DNA from: Kiritimatiellia bacterium
Lineage (GTDB): Bacteria; Verrucomicrobiota; Kiritimatiellia; RFP12; JAAYLN01
Direction: 5' to 3'
NCBI GenBank assembly: GCA_017962605.1
Contig: JAGCUY010000038.1
Location: 350-64,349, forward strand
DNA: 64,000 nt
The translations under genes were made by a program, and so were the position numbers. Positions 7,785-17,867 of this stretch are shown in pieces; the first letter of the stretch is position 1, and each line of letters begins with the position of its first letter. The notes under the pieces are model-generated. The model saw only the letters and a program-made list of their open reading frames with translations. It was not told where the DNA came from and ran no database searches.

Positions 7785-10700
7785 TGCCAAGTGAGGAAAT
7801 CGCCCTGAATACCGAAGTGAGCTGCGCGTCGGCGTCCTTGCCGCGCAGGCGTGCGAAGTGGCCGCCGGCGCCGGGACGCGCCATGCCGCGAATGTCGTAG
7901 GGGCGGATTACGCCGCCTGCGGTCTCGACGCGCGTGACGCCGCGACGCGCGGCGACTATGCGAAGTTCGGCGATCCGCAGCATCCGCTGCGCCTCCAGCG
8001 GCGGCTTGCCGAAGCGCTCCTCCAGCTCCACGCCGAGGTCGCGGATTTCGCTTACGTTGGTCGCCTCGGCGATACGCCGGTAGATGCCCATGCGCAGAGG
8101 CTCGTCGTCGATGTAGGCGGCTGGGATGCAGGCCCTGGCCCGCTGCTCGCCTGAGTCGGCTTCGTCCCCTTCCCCGCCGGCGCCGGCATCGGCCACGTCG
8201 ATGAAGTCGAGGAGAAGATCGACGTTGACGATGTCCGGCAGCTTCTCGCCCTTGAGGCGGGCCACGGTTCGGCGAAGCAGCTGGCAGTAGAGGCCGAAGC
8301 CCACGGAGGCGATATGGCCGCTCTGCTCCGCGCCGAGGAGGTTGCCGGCACCGCGTATCTCCAGGTCGCGGAGGGCTAGGCCCAGGCCTCCGGAGAGACC
8401 GCCGTGGCGCTGCATGGCGCGGATGCGCTCGCGGGCGTCGCCGTCGATTACGCCCTGCTCCGGGATGAGCAGGAAGGCGTGGCCGCGCCGCGACGACCTG
8501 CCCACCCTGCCCCGCAGCTGGTAGAGTTCCGCGAGGCCAAAGCGGTCGGCGCGGTCGATGATGATCGTGTTGGCGCGGGGGATGTCCAGCCCGCTCTCCA
8601 CGATAGAGGTTGAAAGGAGAATGTCGCATTCGCCCGACTCGAAGCGCCGCATCGCCGCCGCCAGCTCCGCAGACTTCATCTGGCCGTGCGCGATTGTAAT
8701 TCGCGCCTCGGGGACGAGTTTCCGGAGGCGGTTGTAAACGAGGCCAATCGTGAAGACGCGGTTGTGGAGGAAAAATACCTGGCCGTCGCGGGCGAGTTCG
8801 CGCGTGATGGCGTCGCGGATGACGGCGTCGGAGTCGCGCACGACGCGGGTCTCGATTTCAAGCCGCTCCTGCGGGGGCGTCTGGAGCAGGGACATGTCGC
8901 GCGCTCCGGTCATGCTCATGTAGAGGGTGCGCGGAATCGGCGTGGCGCTAAGGGTCAGGACGTCCACAGACGAATTGAACAACTTCAGGCGCTCCTTGTG
9001 GCCAACGCCGAACCGCTGCTCCTCGTCTATGATGAGAAGCCCCAGCTTTGCGAAGGACACTTCCGAGGCGATGATGGCGTGAGTGCCGATGAGGATGTCA
9101 ACTGAACCAGAGGCGGCGGCGGCAAGAATTCGGCGGCGCGTGGCGGGCGTGCGCAGGCGGCTCACGGCCTCGATGGTAACGGGGAATGCGCCCATGCGCT
9201 CGCGGAAGGTGGCGTAGTGCTGCTCGGCGAGGATGGTGGTTGGAGCGAGAACCGCGACCTGGTAACCGTTCATCACGGCGATGAAGGCCGCGCGCATGGC
9301 GACCTCGGTCTTGCCGTATCCGGCGTCGCCGCAGATGAGGCGGTCCATCGGCCTCGGGCTGGACATGTCGCGCTTCACGGCCTCGATGCAGGTCACCTGG
9401 TCCTTGGTCTCCTTGAAGGGGAAGGAGGCCTCGAAGACGTCGAGCCAGGGCGGCGCGGGGTCGAAGGCTATGCCGGGGTTGGCGTCGCGCCGCGCCTGCA
9501 GTTCGAGGAGGACGGATGCGTAATCCACGACCGCCTTCTGCGCCTTTATGCACTCGCCCTTCCAGCGCGTCCCGCCGAGCTTGTGGAGGGTGACCTTCTG
9601 TCCGGCTACGCCAATGTAGCGCCCGAGCAGGTGCGCCTGCGAAAGCGGAACGTGGAGTTCCACGCCATCGGCGTATTCAACGCAGAAGGCGTCCTGCTCG
9701 CGGCCGTCGGCGCCAGTCGTCTTGACCATGCCCTTGAAGCGACCGATGCCGTGGTCGAGGTGGACGACAAGGTCGCCGGGCCTGAGTTCGTCGGGATGGT
9801 TCACGCGCTCGCCAGTAAAGCGGACGGACGGCGCGACGAAGCGGCGGACGCCTGCCTTGCGCGTGGCGTAGATGTCGGGCTGCGCGAGGACGGTCAGCTT
9901 CAGATCAGGCCAAGAGAAGCCGCCGGAAAGGAGGGCCTGGCGGAATTCGATGTCCGACTTGTGGCCGATTTCGCGGGAGAGCCAGTCAAGGCCGCCGGCT
10001 GTGTCTATGCAGACGAACACGCTCTCGCCGTCAGCGGCCCGCTCCTCAAGTCCGGCAAGAAGGCGGCGCCGCGCGTCGGCGCGGAGAAGCGGGTCGGAGG
10101 CGAGGCCCTCGAAGTCGGCAAGCCCCGGCGGCGGGAGCGGCGCGAGGGGGAGCGTAGGAACTCCCTGCGGCGCCGGCTCGCCAGTGTAGAGGCGGAGGAA
10201 TGGGGTGCGCTTCGAGATCGTTTCCTCAAGGCTGGCGAAAGGGTCGCCATTGGCAACGCCCTCGATTTGGAAGCGCGCTGACTCCCTGGCGGCGTCGTAT
10301 TCGAGCCAGATGAAGATTGAGCCTTCGCGCGCCTTCTCCAGCGGCATCACTGAAGGCAGCGACTCCGGCGAGCAGTTGGGGATCCATGCCTCGTCGCACG
10401 CCTCGTGCGAGCGCTGCGAAGCGGGGTCGAACTGGTGGATGGTCTCGATGTCGTCGCCGAAGAAGTCGATGCGGAGCGGGAATGGCGCAGTTGGCGGCCA
10501 AACGTCGATTAGGCCGCCGCGCACGGCGAAGGTGCCCTTCTCCTCGACGGTTGCGGCGCGGTGGTAGCCAAGGTCGGCAAGGCGCGAGGAGTAGTCGCCG
10601 AAGGGGATTGGCGAAGGGGTCGTGGAGGAGACGCGGATGCCGCCGGACGCGACGGCTTCGGGGTCGGGCAGCGGGGAAAGGAGGTCGGGCGCGGCCGCGA

Positions 10701-11052
10701 TGAATATGCGGCCTAGACGGCCAGCGTCGCCGACGAGGGCTCTGGCGAAGGCGAGGCGCATGCCGTCGCGGTCTGGGTCGTGCGAGCCCTGCGCCTCGGG
10801 AGGCTGGAGAAGAAGCGGCTCATTCGCTGGCGCGTTGTCAAAAACGCGGAGGTCGGAGAAGAGTCGTTCGCCCTCGCGGATGCCGGCGGTGATGGCGAAT
10901 ATGTCGCGGCCAGGGTTGAGGCGCGAGACGGCGAGCGCCACGAGTGCCGCAGAGGCGCCGGGGAGAGTGGGGAGGGCAAAGGACGCCCCCGCCGGTGCGC
11001 CTTCAAGCGCCCCGGCGACAGCTCCGCGCACCGCATCCGCTATGACTCTCAT
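7771..11052 (-). CDS. mfd: Transcription-repair coupling factor
   Basis: 1093 aa. It has helicase motifs GDAGYGKTEVAMRAAF and LLIIDEEQRFG, and the overall UvrB-homology / CarD-like / translocase / C-terminal domain layout of Mfd. Confidence 0.95.
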   Translation of the reverse strand: MRVIADAVRGAVAGALEGAPAGASFALPTLPGASAALVALAVSRLNPGRDIFAITAGIREGERLFSDLRVFDNAPANEPLLLQPPEAQGSHDPDRDGMRLAFARALVGDAGRLGRIFIAAAPDLLSPLPDPEAVASGGIRVSSTTPSPIPFGDYSSRLADLGYHRAATVEEKGTFAVRGGLIDVWPPTAPFPLRIDFFGDDIETIHQFDPASQRSHEACDEAWIPNCSPESLPSVMPLEKAREGSIFIWLEYDAARESARFQIEGVANGDPFASLEETISKRTPFLRLYTGEPAPQGVPTLPLAPLPPPGLADFEGLASDPLLRADARRRLLAGLEERAADGESVFVCIDTAGGLDWLSREIGHKSDIEFRQALLSGGFSWPDLKLTVLAQPDIYATRKAGVRRFVAPSVRFTGERVNHPDELRPGDLVVHLDHGIGRFKGMVKTTGADGREQDAFCVEYADGVELHVPLSQAHLLGRYIGVAGQKVTLHKLGGTRWKGECIKAQKAVVDYASVLLELQARRDANPGIAFDPAPPWLDVFEASFPFKETKDQVTCIEAVKRDMSSPRPMDRLICGDAGYGKTEVAMRAAFIAVMNGYQVAVLAPTTILAEQHYATFRERMGAFPVTIEAVSRLRTPATRRRILAAAASGSVDILIGTHAIIASEVSFAKLGLLIIDEEQRFGVGHKERLKLFNSSVDVLTLSATPIPRTLYMSMTGARDMSLLQTPPQERLEIETRVVRDSDAVIRDAITRELARDGQVFFLHNRVFTIGLVYNRLRKLVPEARITIAHGQMKSAELAAAMRRFESGECDILLSTSIVESGLDIPRANTIIIDRADRFGLAELYQLRGRVGRSSRRGHAFLLIPEQGVIDGDARERIRAMQRHGGLSGGLGLALRDLEIRGAGNLLGAEQSGHIASVGFGLYCQLLRRTVARLKGEKLPDIVNVDLLLDFIDVADAGAGGEGDEADSGEQRARACIPAAYIDDEPLRMGIYRRIAEATNVSEIRDLGVELEERFGKPPLEAQRMLRIAELRIVAARRGVTRVETAGGVIRPYDIRGMARPGAGGHFARLRGKDADAQLTSVFRAISSLGNGRN

Positions 11053-11122
11053 GCCCTTCTATAATAGCAAAAACCCCTTCTGCGGCAAAAAATCCCAAAA
11101 TTTAGTAGAATGGTTGTTCACC

Positions 11123-14100
11123 ATGAACCTTCTTAAACTTATTTTCGGCACCAAGACCCAACGCGAGCTCAAGAAGCTCTGGCCAATCGTTAAGCGCATC
11201 AACGAAATCGAGGCTTCCTACCAGAGCCTTTCTGATGACCAACTCAAGGCAAAGACCGCCGAGTTCCGCGCTCGCCTCGAAAAAGGCGAGACACTCGACG
11301 ACATCCTCCCCGAGGCATTCGCTACCGTCAAGAACGCCTGCCGCCGCCTCTGCGGCTCCAAGCGCATGGTCTGCGGACACGAACTCACATGGGAGATGGT
11401 TCCCTTCGACGTGCAGCTGATCGGCGGCATCGTCCTCCACCAGGGCAACATCTCCGAAATGCAGACCGGCGAAGGCAAGACCCTCGTCGCCACACTGCCC
11501 CTCTACTTGAACGCGCTCACCGGCAAGGGCGTCCACCTCGTGACCGTGAACGACTACCTCGCACTCCGCGACAGCCAGTGGATGGGCGCCATCTACGAGT
11601 ATCTGGGCCTCACCGTGGGCTGCATCCAGAACTCCATGAACAGCGCCCAGCGCCGCGAACAGTACGGGTGCGACATCACCTACGGCACCAACTCCGAATT
11701 CGGCTTCGACTACCTGCGCGACAACGGCATGGCCTACAAGCCCGAAGACCTCGTGCAGCGCGGCCACGAATTCGCCATCATCGACGAAGTTGACTCCATC
11801 CTCATCGACGAAGCCCGCACGCCGCTCATAATCTCCGGTCCTGCAGACGTCTCCTCGCACCAATACGACGAGCTGAAGCCCAAAATCGAGGGACTCGTCC
11901 GCCGCCAGCGCGACCTCTGCAACGCAATCGCCTCAGAGATTCGCGGCGCCCTTGACGCCGGAGACGAGGCGGAGGCCATGAACGGCCTCTACAAGCTCTA
12001 CCACGGCATGCCCAAGCACAAGCAGTTCCTCCACCTAATCGAGGACCCGGCCGTCCGCAAGCTTCACGAGCAGGTCGAGAGCATGATGCTCACCGAGATG
12101 CACAAGGACGAGGCGCGCGCACTTACCGAGCACCTTCTCTTCACCATCGACGAAAAGAGCCGCGAAGTCGCCCTCACCGACAAGGGCTGCGAGACACTCG
12201 ACCCCTCCAACCCCGAACTCTTCGTCATCCCAGACCTCGCGACGGCGATGTCGCAGCTAGACGGCGACAAGTCGCTCTCCGTCCAGGAGCGCACCGAGAA
12301 GCGCCGCACCATCCAGGCCGACTTCGCCCTGCGCTCCGAGCGCGTCCAGAACTGCGACCAGCTCCTCCGCGCCTACTGCCTCTACGAGAAGGACGTCGAT
12401 TACGTCGTGCAGAACAACCACGTCTTGATTGTCGATGAGTTCACGGGCCGCATCCTCCCCGGCCGCCGCTGGTCCGATGGTCTCCACCAGGCAGTCGAAG
12501 CCAAGGAAGGCGTGCAGATCGAACGCGAGACGCAGACCCTCGCCACCATCACCATCCAGAACTACTTCCGCCTCTACAAGAAGCTGGCCGGCATGACCGG
12601 CACCGCCGAAACCGAGGCCGGCGAGTTCAAGGAAATCTACAAGCTCGACGTCATCCCGATTCCGACGAACCGCCCGATCCGCCGCGTCGATTACAACGAC
12701 CTCATCTACAAGACGCAGCGCGAGAAGTTCGCCGCAATCATCCAGGAAGTCACCGACTGCCACGGGCGCGGCCAGCCTGTCCTGCTCGGCACGGTGAACG
12801 TCGATACTTCGGAACTTCTGTCCCGCCTTCTCCGCCATGCCGGAATTCCGCACAACGTCCTCAACGCGAAGAACCACGCCAAGGAGGCGGAGATCGTCGC
12901 CCAGGCCGGACAGCCGGGAATGGTCACGATCGCCACCAACATGGCCGGACGCGGCACCGACATCAAACTCGGCCCCGGCGTTGTCTGGGTTTCCGACGAC
13001 ACCATCAAGTCGCAGCTCACCCTCGACGAAAAGCCCAAAGGCCAACCCAAGACCCTCCGCGACCTCCTCGTTGACAGGCCCTGCGGCCTCCACGTAATCG
13101 GCTCCGAACGCCACGAGTCGCGCCGCATCGACCGCCAGCTGCGCGGCCGCTGCGCCCGCCAGGGCGACCCGGGCTCCTCCCGCTTCTACATCTCCCTCGA
13201 GGACTCCCTCATGCGCCTGTTCGGCTCCGAGCGCATGGCGAACATCATGACCCGCTTCGGGATGCAGGAGGGCGAGGCCCTCGAACACCCCTGGCTCAAC
13301 CGCTCAGTGGAGACGGCGCAGCGCCGCGTCGAGGAGCAGAACTTCTCCATCCGCAAGCGCACCCTCGAATACGACGACGTGATGAACAAGCAGCGCGAGG
13401 TGATATACACCTTCCGCAACAAGATCATCACCGCGCCGCCGGAGGACGTCCGCGCCAACATCCTCGACGTCGTGAACGACATCGTGATGACGCAGTGCGA
13501 GAAATACCTCTCCGACAAGAAGGCCGCCCAGCCCGAAGAGCTAATTGACTGGACGCACGCCAACTTCCCCGTCGCCATCGACCCCGCCTCGATTTCCGGC
13601 CTCGCTGGCGAACCGGAGGAGGCTGGCCGCATCATCTTCGGCAAAATAGAGGAGGCCTACGCGGAGAAGTGCTCCTTCGAGAACCAGGAGTCCCTCCCCT
13701 ACGTCGAGCGCATGATCCTTCTCCAGTCCATCGACAACCAGTGGCAGCAGTTCCTGCGCGCCATGGACGAGCTGCGCCACAGAGTGGGCCTGCGCGCCTA
13801 CGGCCAGCGCGACCCGCTCGTGGAATACAAGCGCGAGGCGTTTGGGATGTTCGAGGAGCTGATGGGCAACATCAAGATGCGCATCGCGCAGACCATCTTC
13901 CGCGCCTACACGTCGCCAGAGACGATTCAGCGGCTCCGCGCCTTCGTGAACAAGACGATGGCCACGCGCCAGCGCCAGCAGACCATGCACGCCGAAGTCA
14001 ATATCATTGCTGCGGCGCAGGCAGCCGCGCTTGCCCGCGCACGCGCCAGTGGCGCCCTGCCCCCAGGTGCCAGGATGCCAGGTCCAATGCCCATGCCCAG

Positions 14101-14287
14101 CGCCCCGATTTCCACGCCACCGCCAGGTGCTATTTCCACGCCGCCACCGGGTGCTCGTGGGCCAGCCCCTCGTCCCATGCCTGCGGCGCCGGCAGTGCCC
14201 GACCAGTTCAAGAACGTCGGGCGCAACGACCCCTGCCCCTGCGGTTCCGGCAAGAAATTCAAGAAGTGCCACGGCGCCGGCCTCTAA
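11123..14287 (+). CDS. secA: Preprotein translocase ATPase SecA
   Basis: It starts MNLLKLIFGTKTQRELKKLWPIVKRINE. It has Walker A MQTGEGKTLVATLP and the C-terminal zinc motif CPCGSGKKFKKCHG. The 500-nt upstream part of track ORF 10622.. is antisense to mfd and was discarded. Confidence 0.97.
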   Translation: MNLLKLIFGTKTQRELKKLWPIVKRINEIEASYQSLSDDQLKAKTAEFRARLEKGETLDDILPEAFATVKNACRRLCGSKRMVCGHELTWEMVPFDVQLIGGIVLHQGNISEMQTGEGKTLVATLPLYLNALTGKGVHLVTVNDYLALRDSQWMGAIYEYLGLTVGCIQNSMNSAQRREQYGCDITYGTNSEFGFDYLRDNGMAYKPEDLVQRGHEFAIIDEVDSILIDEARTPLIISGPADVSSHQYDELKPKIEGLVRRQRDLCNAIASEIRGALDAGDEAEAMNGLYKLYHGMPKHKQFLHLIEDPAVRKLHEQVESMMLTEMHKDEARALTEHLLFTIDEKSREVALTDKGCETLDPSNPELFVIPDLATAMSQLDGDKSLSVQERTEKRRTIQADFALRSERVQNCDQLLRAYCLYEKDVDYVVQNNHVLIVDEFTGRILPGRRWSDGLHQAVEAKEGVQIERETQTLATITIQNYFRLYKKLAGMTGTAETEAGEFKEIYKLDVIPIPTNRPIRRVDYNDLIYKTQREKFAAIIQEVTDCHGRGQPVLLGTVNVDTSELLSRLLRHAGIPHNVLNAKNHAKEAEIVAQAGQPGMVTIATNMAGRGTDIKLGPGVVWVSDDTIKSQLTLDEKPKGQPKTLRDLLVDRPCGLHVIGSERHESRRIDRQLRGRCARQGDPGSSRFYISLEDSLMRLFGSERMANIMTRFGMQEGEALEHPWLNRSVETAQRRVEEQNFSIRKRTLEYDDVMNKQREVIYTFRNKIITAPPEDVRANILDVVNDIVMTQCEKYLSDKKAAQPEELIDWTHANFPVAIDPASISGLAGEPEEAGRIIFGKIEEAYAEKCSFENQESLPYVERMILLQSIDNQWQQFLRAMDELRHRVGLRAYGQRDPLVEYKREAFGMFEELMGNIKMRIAQTIFRAYTSPETIQRLRAFVNKTMATRQRQQTMHAEVNIIAAAQAAALARARASGALPPGARMPGPMPMPSAPISTPPPGAISTPPPGARGPAPRPMPAAPAVPDQFKNVGRNDPCPCGSGKKFKKCHGAGL

Positions 14288-14308
14288 GGCTCGAAACACC
14301 GCCGAAAG

Positions 14309-14337
14309 TGGACTTTTTGCGCGTGTTTTGGTATCAT
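14309..14337 (+). promoter_or_regulatory. Extended -10 promoter of purM
   Basis: TGGTATCAT (-10 TATCAT at 14332-14337) with -35 TGGACT 17 nt upstream. Confidence 0.4.
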
Positions 14338-14398
14338 TGATGCCAATTTTTACGGTGTATTCGCCGTATTTTACCCTTGTAGAGTAGGATCCAGCACA

Positions 14399-15529
14399 AT
14401 GACAACTAAAAAGCCCGCGCCTAAGGCGACCGCCACAGCAACCAAGTCAGAACCCGTCGCAAAGGAAGTCACTAAAAAGCCTTCCTCATACGCAAATGCG
14501 GGCGTTGACATCGACTCCAAAATGGAGGGCATCCGCTCCGTAAAGAAGATGGTCTCCTCCACTGCCACCAAGGGTTCAGTCGGCGGCATCGGCAATTTCG
14601 GCGGCCTCTTCAAGTCACCCGGCGCAGACTACCTCCTAGTTGGCTCCACGGACGGCGTAGGCACCAAGCTCAAAGTGGCCTGCCTGGCCAAGCGCCATGG
14701 CACCGTTGGCGAAGACCTTGTCAACCACTGCGTGAACGACATCCTCGTGCAGGGCGCCGAGCCTCTCTTCTTCCTCGACTACGTTGGCGCCTCCCAGTTC
14801 AACGGCCATATTTTCCAGGACATCGTATCCGGCCTCGTGCGCGCCTGCAAGCAGAATGGCTGCGCCCTCCTCGGCGGCGAAACCGCCGAGCTCCCCGGCG
14901 TCTATCCGCATGGCGAATACGACCTCGTGGGGACAATCGTCGGCGCAGTGAAGAAGACGCGCGTCATCACCGGCGAGAAAATCAAGCCGGGCGACGTCAT
15001 CATCGGCCTTGCCTCGGGCGGCCTCCAGACGAACGGCTTCACCCTCGCGCGCCATGTCATTTTCGATGTGTGCGGCCTCACGGTGAACGACCTCCTCCCC
15101 GGCACCAGGACGCGCATTGCCGACGCCCTCCTCGCCACGCACCGCAGCTTCCTCAAGCCGATGAAGGCCCTCATGGCCAAGATGCAGATCCACGGCATGG
15201 CCCACATCACCGGCGGCGGATTCGTGGACAACATCCCGCGCGTCCTGCCCCCGAAGTGCCAGGCCGTCATCGACCGCTCCTCTTGGAAAGTCCCGCCGAT
15301 TTTCGACTTCATCGAGAAGGTCGGCAAGGTCGATCACGATGAGATGTACCGCGTCTTCAACATGGGCATTGGCTTCGTCGTAATCGTTGACCGCAGGAAG
15401 GCCCAGGAGGCCATGGCCATCCTCCGCAAGGCCAAGGTCCAGCCTTCGATTATCGGAGAAATCGTGGCGAAGCCGCGCGGCGTCTCCTTCAAGGATTCCG
15501 CCAAGGAGCAGCAGGCGCAAAAAGCCTAG
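14399..15529 (+). CDS. purM: Phosphoribosylformylglycinamidine cyclo-ligase (AIR synthase)
   Basis: Contains SYANAGVDID, GIGNFGGLF, DGVGTKL and AHITGGG motifs. It has an N-terminal extension of about 28 aa rich in Lys/Ala/Thr. Confidence 0.95.
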   Translation: MTTKKPAPKATATATKSEPVAKEVTKKPSSYANAGVDIDSKMEGIRSVKKMVSSTATKGSVGGIGNFGGLFKSPGADYLLVGSTDGVGTKLKVACLAKRHGTVGEDLVNHCVNDILVQGAEPLFFLDYVGASQFNGHIFQDIVSGLVRACKQNGCALLGGETAELPGVYPHGEYDLVGTIVGAVKKTRVITGEKIKPGDVIIGLASGGLQTNGFTLARHVIFDVCGLTVNDLLPGTRTRIADALLATHRSFLKPMKALMAKMQIHGMAHITGGGFVDNIPRVLPPKCQAVIDRSSWKVPPIFDFIEKVGKVDHDEMYRVFNMGIGFVVIVDRRKAQEAMAILRKAKVQPSIIGEIVAKPRGVSFKDSAKEQQAQKA

Positions 15530-15547
15530 CGCCCCATTTGTTCGTCA

Positions 15548-16348
15548 CTAGCGCCCAGCCGCCTTCCCCGCGACAATCAGCGTCCCGGGGATTGCGGCCA
15601 GTTCACCTTCGTTGTCGGCCCAGTCAGGGCTGGTGTAGGGCGGAGTGCCGTCACTCTGCTCGGCAGGCTCGCTAAGAACCGTGACCTCAAGCCCTGCGGC
15701 GCGGAACCAGTTGAACCATGAAGAGACCGGATAGGCGCGTGAAATCACCTCGACGCGCCCGTCCTTTGTGCGCACGTCATCCGGAGGCGAGAAGTAATGC
15801 GGGAGGAAGAGCCCCATGCCGCAGACGTTGCCATCCTCGTCGATGTTCTCCTCCCAGTCGCCGTTGTAGAGCGGATGGACGGTGGAGATTACAAGCGACC
15901 CGCCAGGCTTCAGGAATTTTGCGCACTGCATGATTGTCGCGCCAGGGTCCTCGATGAACTCGAAGGCGTGCGAGGAGTGAATCAAGTCGAAGAGTCCATC
16001 GACCTTCTCCGCAAAGCGCTCTATTGGCGCGTTGCGGAGAGTTATCTCAACACCTTCCGCAGCGGCGAGCCTCCGCGCGGCGTCCAGCTGCTCGCGGGAT
16101 ATGTCCATGGCCGTGCAGTCTAGGCCGCGCCTTGCGAGGAATATGGAGTTCTGCGCGGCGCCGCAGCCCAACTCCAAGGCGCGCATTCCACGATGCAGCG
16201 GGGGCAGGATGCGTAGGCGGGAATCTCCAGGAATCTGCGGACCGTAGTGGAAGTCGTCAAGCGAGATGCTCATCACACGCTGGTATTCAGCGGAGAGTCC
16301 ATTCCAATAGGTGCGCTGAAGTTTTTGCATATAAAGGAAGAACGACAC
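15548..16348 (-). CDS. Class I SAM-dependent methyltransferase
   Basis: LELGCGAAQNSIFLARRGLDCTAMDIS is SAM-binding motif I / post-I. The start is ambiguous (GTG 16348 or ATG 16330). Confidence 0.8.
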   Translation of the reverse strand: MSFFLYMQKLQRTYWNGLSAEYQRVMSISLDDFHYGPQIPGDSRLRILPPLHRGMRALELGCGAAQNSIFLARRGLDCTAMDISREQLDAARRLAAAEGVEITLRNAPIERFAEKVDGLFDLIHSSHAFEFIEDPGATIMQCAKFLKPGGSLVISTVHPLYNGDWEENIDEDGNVCGMGLFLPHYFSPPDDVRTKDGRVEVISRAYPVSSWFNWFRAAGLEVTVLSEPAEQSDGTPPYTSPDWADNEGELAAIPGTLIVAGKAAGR

Positions 16349-16417
16349 GCGGGAATCGCCGTTCCCGCGCCCAGAGGAACAGCCGGGGCAAACCGTCCCG
16401 GCCCGGCCAGCGGCCTG

Positions 16418-16642
16418 CTAGATTTCGATTGAGTTGAGGCAGCCCTTCAGCGCGACCAGCTCTTCGGCGCTCAGGGTAATGCCCTTGCCCATCTTCTCAT
16501 GGTCGGGCGACCAATCGCGAAGATCATACTTGGGCTCGCCATCGTTCCACGAAACGACGTTGAGCTCCTTCGTCCAGTTCTTTGAACCTTCCGAGAGGAC
16601 GCACAGGGTCTTCTTGATTTCGAATTTGAATTCCTTTGGCAT
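16418..16642 (-). CDS. YdbC / PC4-like small ssDNA-binding-fold protein
   Basis: FKFEIKKTLCVLSEGSKNWTKELNVVSWNDGEPKYDLRDWSPDHEKMGKGITL matches, from memory, the YdbC (PC4-like) family. The RBS AAGGAGA lies 6 nt before ATG 16642. The gene is visibly lower in GC than its neighbours. Confidence 0.65.
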   Translation of the reverse strand: MPKEFKFEIKKTLCVLSEGSKNWTKELNVVSWNDGEPKYDLRDWSPDHEKMGKGITLSAEELVALKGCLNSIEI

Positions 16643-16679
16643 AGTGTTCTCCTTAAATTGCATTATGCAATTTGAAATT

Positions 16680-16708
16680 ATTATACCACATTTCCCTACT
16701 GGCGTGAA
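16680..16708 (-). promoter_or_regulatory. Extended -10 promoter of the YdbC-like gene
   Basis: TGTGGTATAAT (plus 16680-16690) with -35 TTCACG 17 nt upstream. It overlaps the 3' end of the upstream CDS. Confidence 0.45.
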
Positions 16709-17802
16709 CGCCAGGCGAGAATCATGTCGTCGCAGTCAAACGTGGCGGCGATCAAAGCCGTCCGCACCCACATCCCGTTGCGCATCTGGCGCCAGTATTT
16801 GGCGCGGGGGTCGGAATCACAGTCCGTTGAAATCTCGTCGCGGCGCGGCAGCGGGTGCATTAGTATTGCGTTAGCGCCCATCAGCGCCATTTCCGCAGCG
16901 CCGATCTTGAAGCGCGAGGTGTCTATGCGGGCGCTCTCGCCCTTGGTTGCGTCCCACTCGTCCTGGATGCGCGTCATGTAAACGGCATCGACGCGCGGCA
17001 GCCAGGCGCGCATGTCGTCGGAGAGCACAACCTCGTTGCCACGCGCCTTTAGCATGGCCACGATGTCGTCGCCTATCTGGAGTTGCGGCGGCGCCACGAA
17101 CACATGGCGCATGCCCTCGTAGTTCGTGAGGAGGTTTGAGAGGGAGCGCACCGTGCGGCCACGCGCGAGGTCGCCCACATACATGACAGTGCGGTTCGCC
17201 AGGCCGCCCTTCTTCTCGAAGGAGCGGTTGAGCGTGTAGATGTCGAGCAGCGCCTGCGTTGGATGCTGGTCCTTGCCGGAGCCCGCGTTGATTATGGGAA
17301 CGGGGCGGTCCGATTGCGAGAGGGCGTGCGCCATCCGCTCCGCAAGCCCCTTCTCCTGCGTGCGCATGATGATGAGGTCGAAGTAGGAGCTGAAGGTGCG
17401 GATGGAGTCCTCGCGGCTCTCGCCCTTGAATTCGCTTGACACTGCGGCGTCGCGCACTTCCCCGGTCTTGATGCCAAGTATCTGGCAGGCGCTCAGGAAA
17501 GAAAGGAAAGTGCGGCTGGATGGCTGCGTGAAGTAGATCATCGCGCGCTTGTGCGACAGCAGGCCCTGGAGGAAGTCCATGCCGTCGCGGCTCTTCGCGA
17601 TGAAGCGTATTTTCGTGGCGAGGTCGCAGATGCGGTCAAGCTCCTTGCGTCCGAACTGCTGAGCGAAGAGCGTGTGGAAGGGCATGCCGTCCGGCCGCGC
17701 CAGCAGCGGGACCTTGCCCTCAATGGACAGAGCCGAATAGTCGGCCCAGGAAATATCGTGAAGTGATGACATGGCAAAACAGATGGCGGTTTTAAAGTCC
17801 AT
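16696..17802 (-). CDS. pyrB: Aspartate carbamoyltransferase-like protein (Asp/Orn transcarbamylase fold)
   Basis: It has SSRTF in place of canonical STRTR, plus HPTQALLD and HPLPR. The layout favours ATCase. It has an N-terminal extension of roughly 50-60 aa. Confidence 0.65.
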   Translation of the reverse strand: MDFKTAICFAMSSLHDISWADYSALSIEGKVPLLARPDGMPFHTLFAQQFGRKELDRICDLATKIRFIAKSRDGMDFLQGLLSHKRAMIYFTQPSSRTFLSFLSACQILGIKTGEVRDAAVSSEFKGESREDSIRTFSSYFDLIIMRTQEKGLAERMAHALSQSDRPVPIINAGSGKDQHPTQALLDIYTLNRSFEKKGGLANRTVMYVGDLARGRTVRSLSNLLTNYEGMRHVFVAPPQLQIGDDIVAMLKARGNEVVLSDDMRAWLPRVDAVYMTRIQDEWDATKGESARIDTSRFKIGAAEMALMGANAILMHPLPRRDEISTDCDSDPRAKYWRQMRNGMWVRTALIAATFDCDDMILAWRSRQ

Positions 17803-17867
17803 CTATTCTACCAATTCTCCAGCCTCCGCGACAAACATGTCTCCCTTGATGCGGAGAACGACCATCC

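Noticed and set aside
7676-8629. A 317-aa Arg/Pro-rich ORF. There are many similar long ORFs antisense to, or out of frame with, real genes (for example 5034-5753, 9217-10281, 12257-13288, 39447-40574, 56323-57189, 61607-62617).
   Set aside because: They are typical open-frame artefacts of GC-rich DNA, with extreme Arg/Gly/Ala/Pro composition and no recognisable motifs. Each fully overlaps a confidently identified gene.
10622-11122. The long N-terminal extension of the secA ORF in the track (1221 aa).
   Set aside because: The extension is antisense to the mfd coding region, is Arg/Ala/Pro-rich as expected for a GC-rich off-frame, and lacks an RBS. The canonical SecA N-terminus MNLLKLIFG starts at ATG 11123.
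14399-14485. The Lys/Ala/Thr-rich N-terminal extension of PurM, considered as a separate feature or a mis-called start.
   Set aside because: There is no in-frame alternative start between ATG 14399 and the conserved SYANAGVDID block. It is probably a genuine low-complexity extension, and nothing more can be supported.
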